In this document: positions 19,646 to 28,461 of the stretch, piece after piece
How the letters are laid out: every line of letters begins with the position of its first letter
Position numbering within the stretch: the stretch's first letter is position 1
From: Phycisphaeraceae bacterium
GTDB taxonomy: Bacteria; Planctomycetota; Phycisphaerae; Phycisphaerales; Phycisphaeraceae
Assembly: GCA_963674705.1 (NCBI GenBank)
Contig: OY771506.1
Coordinates: 2,496,001 to 2,560,000 of the forward strand
DNA length: 64,000 nt
Reading direction: 5' to 3'
The notes under the pieces: generated by a model
What the model was told of the DNA's origin: nothing
What the model saw: the letters and a program-made list of their open reading frames with translations, nothing else
Database searches by the model: none
Made by a program: the position numbers and the translations under genes

Positions 19646-20298
19646 ATGTCGCTTTGCATTCAGTACACAAACGCTTTCATAGCTGCCTTGCAACGCAACG
19701 CAGGCAGTATCCATTAACCGCCCCCCGCACAGCACGCACTCAAGCCTTCACCATCGTCGAACTGCTCATGGCTTTGGCGATCACCGGCCTCATCGGCGCA
19801 GCTGTCGCGTCCATGCTCACCGCTGTGTCCTACGGCACGGACAGCAGCCGTGATATCCGCACGCTTGTTGTTAAAAACAAAACAATCAGCGCACGTATCA
19901 CCGCAGCGATCAGGGAATCCACCCAACTGCTCGACGCCGACGATAACTACATCATCCTCTGGACCGACGACATCAACGACAGCGGCGCCCCCGACCTGCT
20001 CGAACTGCGTCGTATCGATCTTGACACCGGCACGAACGAGTTGATCGACTACACGCCCGACCCAGACGCTGTCGATGTGGCATACGACCTTGAAGCCAGC
20101 AACTTCGACGCTGTCACGGTTTCGCTGATCAATTCAGACAAACTCTTGGGGACACTATGGGCGACCAATGTTGCCGCCATGACCGTCTCACTTGATGAGT
20201 CCGACCCGCTTGAGGCGACGTTGATCAGCTTTCAGGTGACGATCAGCGAAGGGGCCTTGTCTGATACCTCGGTGAACGCCGCTTCGCTGCGCGATTAA
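19642..20298 (+). CDS. Prepilin-type protein (PilW-like)
   Basis: AFTIVELLMALAI; ATG overlaps the upstream stop (ATGA). Confidence 0.85.
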   Translation: MNVALHSVHKRFHSCLATQRRQYPLTAPRTARTQAFTIVELLMALAITGLIGAAVASMLTAVSYGTDSSRDIRTLVVKNKTISARITAAIRESTQLLDADDNYIILWTDDINDSGAPDLLELRRIDLDTGTNELIDYTPDPDAVDVAYDLEASNFDAVTVSLINSDKLLGTLWATNVAAMTVSLDESDPLEATLISFQVTISEGALSDTSVNAASLRD

Positions 20299-20313
20299 GG
20301 ATAGACAACCACC

Positions 20314-23300
20314 ATGATGTGGCAGACAACACGATCCAGGCAATCCGGGAGACAAACGCACAATGCATGTACGCAATATCATCTTGCGCGCAATCCCCGC
20401 CGCTCCGGCGTCGCCATGATCCTCGTGTTGATCGCCGTGTCGATCGCTACCATCCTGTCATTGAGTTTCCTCGCCTCGCAGGCAACGACCCATGGCGTAT
20501 CCCAAAATATCCAGAACCAGGCTCAGGCGCGCAGCGTCGCGGAGTCCGCGCTCGTCGCCGCGATCAATTATGTTCAGAACAACAGCGACTTCCGTGATGT
20601 CAAGACCAACGGGCTGTGGGCAAGTGATGTATCTTTCAACGGCGGCACATTCGATCTCTACGGCTACGACGGCGTCGATACCGACGATGATGGTGTCGTC
20701 GATGACACCGACGGCGACCTCGCCGATGACAACACCGACCCACTCACACTCACCGTCGTCGGGCACTACAACGGCGTCAGTCATACCGTCCACGCTGTCG
20801 TGACGGTCGGCGCGGGTGTGCCGGATAAAGACATCCTGATGATCGTGGATAATGACAGTTCTTTGTCTACACTCGAAACACAACGTAAAGAGCTGATCGA
20901 GAGCTGGGGGTGGGCTGTCACGGTACTGAGCGATTCTGCCACCAGCTCGGAATACGACACGGTGTTGGAAGAGGTCGATGCTGTGCTTGTGTCCGATTCG
21001 GCAAACGCGGGATCGGTCAACACCAAGCTCCGTGAGGCGACCATCGGCGTCGTCATCGAGCAGCGCGGCATCCTGGATGATATGAAACTGTCGACCGGTT
21101 CCAGCACCTACAACGGTATCAGCATCGATATCGTCGACGCCAATCATTACATCACCAATCCGTTCGGCAACGGCACACTGACGCTGACAGCGAGCAACGT
21201 TGCCTTGGGTACGCCCAGTGGTGGGCTCGCGACCGGCCTGACGACGCTTGCCGAACGGCCCTCCAGCAGTACCCCCGTTGTTGTCGTGATGGAAAGCGGG
21301 GCGCCGCTCTACAGCAGCGGTATTGCCGCCGGCCGACGTGTCTGGATCCCGACAGGGTCCATCCCGGTCAGTGACATGACCGCCGACGCCAAGACCCTTT
21401 TCGAGCGAGCCATGCTCTGGGCCTCGGGCGGTGATGCCGATCAATTCATCAGCGGCCACTGGACCTTCGACGACGGCGTTGGCCAGGTCGCTTACGACTC
21501 AAGCGGCAACGCGCAGCACGGTCCTATCACCGCCGGCTCGCCCAGCACCACATGGACCGCCGGTATGGTTTACGGTGCGCTGCAATTCGACGGCACGGGT
21601 GATGGCTTTGTTCGCATCCCCGATTCCGATGTCCTGGACCTTTCCGAAGAAGGCACACTCACCGCCTGGGTTTACCTCACCGGCTATCAGAACTTCATGG
21701 GCATCATCCACAAGGGCGAGGACAAAGATTGGGACGACGAAGCCTATTCACTTCAGTTCTGGACCAGTCGCAAGCTTGCCTTGACTTTTACCACCGCTTC
21801 CGGTCAAAAAAGAATTGTCGGCAAGGGCAGTCTTTCAAACGGCCAGTGGTATCACGTCGCCGGCACCTGGGGGCCCAACGGGATGTACCTCTACATCAAC
21901 GGCGAAGAGGACAACAGCAACTCGATCACCGCCGTCGGCGTGCCGTCAACCGGCTCGGTACAGATCGGCTCGCAGCTCTCGGAATACTACAACAGCTCAT
22001 ACAGGAACTTCCCGTTCCGCGGCCTCATCGATGACGCACGGATCTACCGGCGCACGCTCACCGCCGGCGAAATCAAAGCGATCTACGACGAAGCCACCGC
22101 CAACCACGACGCGCCGCAGCTCATCGCGTTGTACGAGTTCCAGAAAAACATACCGGAACCGCCGACCATGCTCGCACATTGGCCGTTGGACGATACCGTC
22201 AGCGGAGGTGGGGCGGGGTTTGCGGTAGCAATTGGTGATCAGTTGTCCATGTATGTAGATACCGTCATCGACAGCTATGCTTCCTCGAACGGTGCCTATG
22301 GCGGAGCCAATGTGGGTTCAGATGCTTACGCCTCAACAAATACGACATCATCTAATCGTGTTGAATTAACCGGCAATGCTAAGATCGCCGGCGACTTCGA
22401 TGTCGGGCCGGGAGGGAATCCTTCTACGGTGATTCAATCATCGAGTTCCATAGGGATCACGGGTGCGACCGGTACGCTTACTTCTACTGTCAGTTATCCT
22501 TCGATCTCAGTACCCTCCGGCCTGCCTTCAAGCTCGGGTAATCAAACATATAATGGCGGTAGTCATACTATCAGCTCTGATACCGTTTTTCAGAATCTGA
22601 CTTTTTATAACTACGCGACGCTTACAATCAATGGCGACGTGACGATACAAGTCATCGGCAATCTGAACGTAAGCAGTGGCTATATCGTTCTTGCGCCGGG
22701 GGCGACACTGCGTATGTATGTGGGCGGTAACGTCACAGTCTATAACAATTCCTATGTCAATAACGATTCAACCCGGACGTCGGACTTCACGTTGTACATG
22801 TATGGATCGAATAAGAAACTATCCATGACCAGCAATAATGTGATGAGCGGTTTAATCTACGTTTCCGGGGATGCTGAGTTATATACTAATGCAACGGTAT
22901 ACGGTGCTATCTTCGTTAATGATGATCTCACGATGTCCGCTGATGCGGCGATCCACATCGATACGAACCTCGCGGGCAAATCGCTTGTCGCTACCGATGA
23001 AGTCAACGGCAACGACGGTTCCGACAGTGGTGGTGTAACCTCGGGTGTCAGCGGCTGTGGTGACGGCGGCACCGCTTTTGAGTTCGACGGTTCAGACGAC
23101 TACATCGCCATCGCGCACGACAACAAGTACCTGCTGGATAACGGTTCGGTCAGCCTCTGGTTTAAATCCGACAACCTCTCCGGGCACAAGGCGATCTTCT
23201 CCAAGGATTCCAAGAACTACGACACCGGCGGGCATCTGCATATCTACACCGATGGCTCGACACTCAAGGCACGCCTGCAGAGCACCTCCTCCGAAGTCAC

Positions 23301-24288
23301 GTTGACTTCATCGGGCCTGTCCACCGGCAACTGGTACCACGTCGTCGTCTGTTGGGGCGTAAGCGGATTCAAACTCTTCAAAAACGGTGTCGAAGTCGAT
23401 AGCGACAGCTACGTCGGCGGGCTTAGTTCCACCTCCGGCGGGATCGGCAACTATGAACCAATCGCCATCGGCGCAGGCACATGGACCAGCGATGACAAAC
23501 TGATCACACCCATCACTTATCCGTTCGATGGGGTGATCGACGATGTCCGTATCTACGATCAGGCTTTGAATGAAGACCAGGCCGCCGAACTCTACAACGG
23601 CGAAGAACCTACCGGCGGCCTGCCCGCCACCGTCTATGACACCAGCGCCGTCGGCATCCCCGTCGACCTGACCATACAGGACCCGGAGAATGTCACGTGG
23701 GTCTCGGGTGGCGGCCTCACTATCGATTCTCCGACCGTGCTCTCCAGCTCGGGCGCTACCAACAAGATCTACAACGAACTGACGACGACCGATCAGATGG
23801 CGATGGAGATCGTGTTTACACCAGCCAATGTCAGCCAGACCGGGCCCGCGCGCATCGTCTCGCTCTCCGGCAGCGCCTCGTCACGCAACTTCACCTTCGG
23901 ACAGGAAGGTAGTACCTACGACTTCCGCCTGCGTACATCCACCAGCACCAGCAACGGCTTGCCGGCGATCGTGTCGTCACCTGTGCTCGCTGCTGATGCT
24001 CGCGAACACATCGTCATTTCCTACGACGGCGAGAAGGTAGACATCTACCGTAACGGCACGCTCGAAATCTCTGAAGAACGTACAGGCACTTTCAACTGGG
24101 ACAGCACGTTCCAACTGCTGATGTGTGATGAAGCCGGCGGCGGAAGGGAATGGCTCGGTACGCTCCACCGTGTCTCCATCTACAACAAAGCCTTCAACGC
24201 CGTTCAGGCCGGAAACGTCTTCATCGGCGACCCGCCCGGCAACGGCATTGCCCCCAGCATCGGCGCCACCAACTGGGTCGAACAATAA
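20314..24288 (+). CDS. Large PilX-like pilin fused to three LamG/ConA-like domains
   Basis: GVAMILVLIAVSI (no Glu5), QARSVAESA; LamG motifs GHWTFDD, WYHV, FRGLIDDARIY, FDGVIDDVRIY, WLGTLHRVSIY. Confidence 0.88.
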   Translation: MMWQTTRSRQSGRQTHNACTQYHLARNPRRSGVAMILVLIAVSIATILSLSFLASQATTHGVSQNIQNQAQARSVAESALVAAINYVQNNSDFRDVKTNGLWASDVSFNGGTFDLYGYDGVDTDDDGVVDDTDGDLADDNTDPLTLTVVGHYNGVSHTVHAVVTVGAGVPDKDILMIVDNDSSLSTLETQRKELIESWGWAVTVLSDSATSSEYDTVLEEVDAVLVSDSANAGSVNTKLREATIGVVIEQRGILDDMKLSTGSSTYNGISIDIVDANHYITNPFGNGTLTLTASNVALGTPSGGLATGLTTLAERPSSSTPVVVVMESGAPLYSSGIAAGRRVWIPTGSIPVSDMTADAKTLFERAMLWASGGDADQFISGHWTFDDGVGQVAYDSSGNAQHGPITAGSPSTTWTAGMVYGALQFDGTGDGFVRIPDSDVLDLSEEGTLTAWVYLTGYQNFMGIIHKGEDKDWDDEAYSLQFWTSRKLALTFTTASGQKRIVGKGSLSNGQWYHVAGTWGPNGMYLYINGEEDNSNSITAVGVPSTGSVQIGSQLSEYYNSSYRNFPFRGLIDDARIYRRTLTAGEIKAIYDEATANHDAPQLIALYEFQKNIPEPPTMLAHWPLDDTVSGGGAGFAVAIGDQLSMYVDTVIDSYASSNGAYGGANVGSDAYASTNTTSSNRVELTGNAKIAGDFDVGPGGNPSTVIQSSSSIGITGATGTLTSTVSYPSISVPSGLPSSSGNQTYNGGSHTISSDTVFQNLTFYNYATLTINGDVTIQVIGNLNVSSGYIVLAPGATLRMYVGGNVTVYNNSYVNNDSTRTSDFTLYMYGSNKKLSMTSNNVMSGLIYVSGDAELYTNATVYGAIFVNDDLTMSADAAIHIDTNLAGKSLVATDEVNGNDGSDSGGVTSGVSGCGDGGTAFEFDGSDDYIAIAHDNKYLLDNGSVSLWFKSDNLSGHKAIFSKDSKNYDTGGHLHIYTDGSTLKARLQSTSSEVTLTSSGLSTGNWYHVVVCWGVSGFKLFKNGVEVDSDSYVGGLSSTSGGIGNYEPIAIGAGTWTSDDKLITPITYPFDGVIDDVRIYDQALNEDQAAELYNGEEPTGGLPATVYDTSAVGIPVDLTIQDPENVTWVSGGGLTIDSPTVLSSSGATNKIYNELTTTDQMAMEIVFTPANVSQTGPARIVSLSGSASSRNFTFGQEGSTYDFRLRTSTSTSNGLPAIVSSPVLAADAREHIVISYDGEKVDIYRNGTLEISEERTGTFNWDSTFQLLMCDEAGGGREWLGTLHRVSIYNKAFNAVQAGNVFIGDPPGNGIAPSIGATNWVEQ

Positions 24289-24369
24289 ACCTGAACCCCC
24301 AAAGACCAACAAGCCGCGGGCTGCCAGCCCGCGCGCACCTAACCACGCCTCTTTGTTTAATCAACCTAT

Positions 24370-24398
24370 AAAAAAAACCCCAAGCTAAACACTTGGGG
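24370..24398 (-). terminator. Rho-independent terminator of ndk
   Basis: ccccaag/cttgggg stem with adjacent A-run (U-run on the minus strand). Confidence 0.7.
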
Positions 24399-24456
24399 CT
24401 GCAAGAATACACTCGACTATTCATCTACGCCGATCATCCGATCGGCTCGATCAGCA

Positions 24457-24918
24457 TCAAAGGTCCGACGGATCGTACACCCACTTTTCGATCGTGCGAT
24501 CCACATCCGTCAGTTCTTCCTTCGTGAACCAAAGCGCCAGTTCGCGCTCGGCCGACTCGGGGCTGTCCGAGCCGTGGATCATGTTGTACCCGCCGGACAT
24601 CCCGAAGTCGCCGCGGATCGTACCCGGGTCCGCCTTGCGGCCGTTGGTCGCACCGATCAGCGTTCGGCAAACCGTTACCGCATCCAGCCCCTGGATCGCC
24701 AGCACCATTACCGGCGAGCTGGTCACGAACGCCAGAAGCCCGTCATAAAACGGCTTGCCCTTGTGCTCCGCGTAGTGCTTCTCGGCCAGTTCCTTCGGCA
24801 CCATCATCAGCTTCGCGCCCACGATACGCAGGCCCTTGCGCTCAAAACGCTGAAGGATCTGGCCCGCCAGGCCGCGTTGGATAGCATCGGGTTTCAGGAT
24901 AATCAGGGATGTCTGCAT
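24457..24918 (-). CDS. ndk: Nucleoside diphosphate kinase
   Basis: KPDAIQRGL.G, HYAEH..KPF, PGTIRGDF, NMIHGSDS. Confidence 0.97.
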   Translation of the reverse strand: MQTSLIILKPDAIQRGLAGQILQRFERKGLRIVGAKLMMVPKELAEKHYAEHKGKPFYDGLLAFVTSSPVMVLAIQGLDAVTVCRTLIGATNGRKADPGTIRGDFGMSGGYNMIHGSDSPESAERELALWFTKEELTDVDRTIEKWVYDPSDL

Positions 24919-25023
24919 GGTGGATATCTCAATCTCGGGGTTATCGGGGACCGTGTTATCCCGGATATGCCCCAAGATTTCAAGCCGAGTATACAATCAC
25001 GTTAAAACATAATGGCCTCGAAC

Positions 25024-25061
25024 TTAGCCTTCCCACAGCCCCAGCATCGACCCGACAATCT
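25024..25061 (-). pseudogene. Orphan 3' fragment of an FG-GAP paralog (IVGSMLGLWEG*)
   Basis: Reverse complement reads att gtc ggg tcg atg ctg ggg ctg tgg gaa ggc taa, matching the 3' ends of 26845-28290 and 28462-29871; out of frame with the preceding ORF. Confidence 0.75.
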
Positions 25062-26606
25062 CTAGCGCAACGCCGATGAACCCGCCGGCTGCCAGGCCGG
25101 GTCCCGCTCCATCAGCCAGGGGGTTTCTGCATCCAACACCATCTTATCCTGCATGATCCAGAGCATGCTCCTGTCCGAGGTCGTGCTGCGCCATAGGATG
25201 TTCGTTCGACTATTGAATTCGCTTTTAAAGACCCCGGCAATCTGCCAGCTATCTGTTTGTGAATCATCCCGCAGAGTGAGGTCCACATAATTGCCGGTGT
25301 AGTTTTCACGGATGATGTTCACATCCGATTGAAACTTATAGTCGCCATAACTGGCGGTCTCAGAATACGACCAGCCGGTTTCACCAAGCGCAGAGATGTC
25401 GGATCGCTGTTTATAGTTCAGCCGATCCATCTCCCACACGCTGTTCAAACCGGTCCTGCTGTTCCGCCACAGGATGTCCTGGATGCCGTCGCCGTTGAAG
25501 TCGTCCACGCCACCGACCTGCCACTGCTGGAACGCAAGGTCTTGAATCATGTGGCTCGCGGTTAAGTTCGTGCCATCCATCTCCCACACTGCGTTACGCC
25601 CATCCTGGCTGTTGCGCCAGAGGATGTCCTGCTTTCCATCGCCCGTGAAGTCGCCCACGCCGGCGATGTGCCAGGCTTTGGCCCTCAGGTCCTGCAGCAG
25701 ATGACTTGCCACGAAGTCCGTGCCGTCCATCTCCCACACCGCATTGCGTCCGTCCTCGCTGTTGCGCCAGAGGATGTCGTTCTTGCCGTCACCGGTGAAG
25801 TCACCCGTGCCCACCAGTTCCCAATCGATATCGCGCAGCCGGCGCAACCTGATCGGGTCGTGCTGCTGGTCCCAGGTGATCTGCCACAACTCGTTCTCAC
25901 CCGTCTGCGTGTTATGCCACAACATGTCGGTCCAGCCGTCGCCGGTAAAGTCACCCTTCACCGCTTGCGGTGGTGCGGATTCAGGCGGACGGTTCGAGAT
26001 AAAGTTCCCGTCTTTGATTGAACCGATATCAAACCAAGTTATGTCGCGCCTGGAACGGTTCAGCCTGACCGACCACGTCCCTTCAGCATCATCCGAAAGC
26101 GTGATGCGTGCGATGTCGATATGGTCCGAACCGTAGTAATAGTAAAAAGCATCAAATGCGACATTGATCTGCTCAGAATCGAACTTGTAGTAAGGATTCC
26201 CGGGGCCACCGGTCAGGCCAATATAGCCGTCCCGGAGGTCACCGTAGTACATGTCAATACTGCCGGTATAGGTGTCGAACTCACTCGTGGGATGATAATC
26301 TTTTAACGTATGCGGGGGTGCCATGTCCAAACCCGCCGGGTCCTGATATATCTCACCCTTGGTCAGCTTCACGCGCAGGGTGGCCGTGTCCCAATAGTCT
26401 GTGGTCGGGGCAACCAGGTCGGTGGTGGTGTATCCGCTGAGCTGCGACGTGTTGTCCACCAGCGTAAAGTCGATCCCCTCTGAACCCGACAGCAACAGCC
26501 TGTCCTCGAGCGACTCCAACCGAGCAGGTATCTGATCACATTGCTGCAGGATCAGCGCCTCGCTATTCCTTGCCAAGCGCCCCTTACGCGAAATCCAGAA
26601 CTTCAT
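25062..26606 (-). CDS. Planctomycete extracellular protein with FG-GAP/VCBS repeats (paralog 1)
   Basis: LESLEDRLLLS; about 50-aa repeats GDFTGDGK.DILWRN..G.N.VWEMDG. Confidence 0.88.
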   Translation of the reverse strand: MKFWISRKGRLARNSEALILQQCDQIPARLESLEDRLLLSGSEGIDFTLVDNTSQLSGYTTTDLVAPTTDYWDTATLRVKLTKGEIYQDPAGLDMAPPHTLKDYHPTSEFDTYTGSIDMYYGDLRDGYIGLTGGPGNPYYKFDSEQINVAFDAFYYYYGSDHIDIARITLSDDAEGTWSVRLNRSRRDITWFDIGSIKDGNFISNRPPESAPPQAVKGDFTGDGWTDMLWHNTQTGENELWQITWDQQHDPIRLRRLRDIDWELVGTGDFTGDGKNDILWRNSEDGRNAVWEMDGTDFVASHLLQDLRAKAWHIAGVGDFTGDGKQDILWRNSQDGRNAVWEMDGTNLTASHMIQDLAFQQWQVGGVDDFNGDGIQDILWRNSRTGLNSVWEMDRLNYKQRSDISALGETGWSYSETASYGDYKFQSDVNIIRENYTGNYVDLTLRDDSQTDSWQIAGVFKSEFNSRTNILWRSTTSDRSMLWIMQDKMVLDAETPWLMERDPAWQPAGSSALR

Positions 26607-26844
26607 CGTGACCTCCCGGCATCCGGTGAATCCGGACAGTGGTAAACCGTCCGATAACGTATGGCCTTAATACGCGCCCATGTTTACAGAAGTATCGGAT
26701 TTATTACAGGTTAGGGAAAGTCAAAATGCGGCACCCCCGTATCAATAGGGCTTATCGATACGGGTCCGATCGGTTAGTTGGATTAGATGACAGTCAACAC
26801 CCAACAATCGGCTGCTTGCTGCTTTATGACCGATAAGACCTTGC

Positions 26845-28290
26845 TCAGGCTTCCCACAATCCCAGCATCGATCCGGCGATCTGCCAGTCCTGACTCGCCT
26901 GGCTGGGCAGCCAATGAACGCTCTGATAGCTGCTGCTATTCATCTGCCAGATCACGTTTTGACCGGTCGAGGTATTGCGCCACAGGATGTCCGTCTTGCC
27001 GTCGCCGGTGAAGTCCGCCACCTGCGCCATCTGCCAGTTCTGGTCTTTGACGCGTTTGATCTGCTGGTTGCTGTCGTATTGCGTGCCCTGCATATACCAG
27101 ACAAGGTTGCGGCCGTTCTGCATATTGCGCCAGAGCAGGTCGGTTTCGCCGTCAGCATTGAAGTCACCAGCCCCGACGATCTGCCAGTCTGTACTCTTGA
27201 CACGTTTTAGGCTGTGTTTCTGTTGATAGCTCGTGCCGTTCATCTCCCATACGACATTCTGGCCCGTGGTCGCATGGCGCCAGACGATGTCCAATTGTCC
27301 ATCACCCGTCATGTCCGCGACCGCAGCCACCTGCCAGCGTAAGTCACTGACTGTTGTCAGATCATGATGCACGCCGCCGACGCCGTCTTCGGTCTGTTCG
27401 ATGTATATACGCCCATCAGCGGTATTGCGCCAAAGCGTATCGGTCTTGCCATCGCCAGTGAAGTCGCCCACGCCCACCGTGACCCAGTCGGTATCTGCGG
27501 TGGCGTTGGCCAACGCGCTGGAAGATTCAAACGTCTCGTCGTCCATCGACCAGATCACGGTTTCGCCCGTGTTGCCGTTGCGCCAGACGATATCGACATC
27601 CCCGTCGTAATCGAAGTCGCCAGCCACGTTCAGCACATCCGGATCAGGACCGGGACCCGGCGCCGTTATCTGAAGAACACCCGACTCAATCGTTCCCGAG
27701 CCCGTCGCATCACCGCTGAATGTGTAGTACGACCACGTCCCGACCGCATCATCACTCAGCGTAATGCGCGCAATAGCAAATGTTCCGGTGTCGCCTGCAC
27801 TGGCGTTGAACCAGGAAATACTCAGCACCGAATCATCAAATTGAAGCGCGCCACCTCCCAGGTCGCCCGCACCTCCTGCAACAGAGACATTACTCACATC
27901 TCCACCCACCGACGTGTCGAACCCCAGTGCAGGTACAACATCGACTACTGCTTGGTTTGGTGCAGTGTTGCTGCCAAGCTCATGCTGATAGATCGTGCCC
28001 GATGTCAGTTCCAGCAGTAGCGCAGCTGACATCCAGTCCGAATCGGTTGTGACTTGCAGGTCGTAAGTGTGATAGCCCGATAACGCGCTGCTGTTGTCGA
28101 CCTCGACAAGCGCGACAGAGCCCGACAAGAGTACCCTTGGCTCCAAGACATCAAACGTCGGTACGATTTTCGGATATGTCCCGGAACACTCGGATCGATC
28201 CCCGTTACTTCTCAGCACAGCAAAACTCCCCTGGCTGGTGTTAGCGTGTGTTATAAACATACACAATATGAACAGGCATCGACCAGCCAT
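26845..28290 (-). CDS. Planctomycete extracellular protein with FG-GAP/VCBS repeats (paralog 2)
   Basis: LEPRVLLS; DF.GDG..DI.WR repeats; ends GSMLGLWEA; start uncertain. Confidence 0.88.
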   Translation of the reverse strand: MAGRCLFILCMFITHANTSQGSFAVLRSNGDRSECSGTYPKIVPTFDVLEPRVLLSGSVALVEVDNSSALSGYHTYDLQVTTDSDWMSAALLLELTSGTIYQHELGSNTAPNQAVVDVVPALGFDTSVGGDVSNVSVAGGAGDLGGGALQFDDSVLSISWFNASAGDTGTFAIARITLSDDAVGTWSYYTFSGDATGSGTIESGVLQITAPGPGPDPDVLNVAGDFDYDGDVDIVWRNGNTGETVIWSMDDETFESSSALANATADTDWVTVGVGDFTGDGKTDTLWRNTADGRIYIEQTEDGVGGVHHDLTTVSDLRWQVAAVADMTGDGQLDIVWRHATTGQNVVWEMNGTSYQQKHSLKRVKSTDWQIVGAGDFNADGETDLLWRNMQNGRNLVWYMQGTQYDSNQQIKRVKDQNWQMAQVADFTGDGKTDILWRNTSTGQNVIWQMNSSSYQSVHWLPSQASQDWQIAGSMLGLWEA

Positions 28291-28461
28291 CTCTTCAGCA
28301 TTAGGTTAACTGTATTGATAAGACCTGAATTATCGGTGTGGACTCGGTTTTGAGGATAAAGCAGGCTGGATAACGCACTTGGATATGTTCTACAAGGCTT
28401 CACAACATGCGAGTAGCTGCGCCCGATAACAAGCGTGATCGGTTGCAGCGTGATCGGCCGA

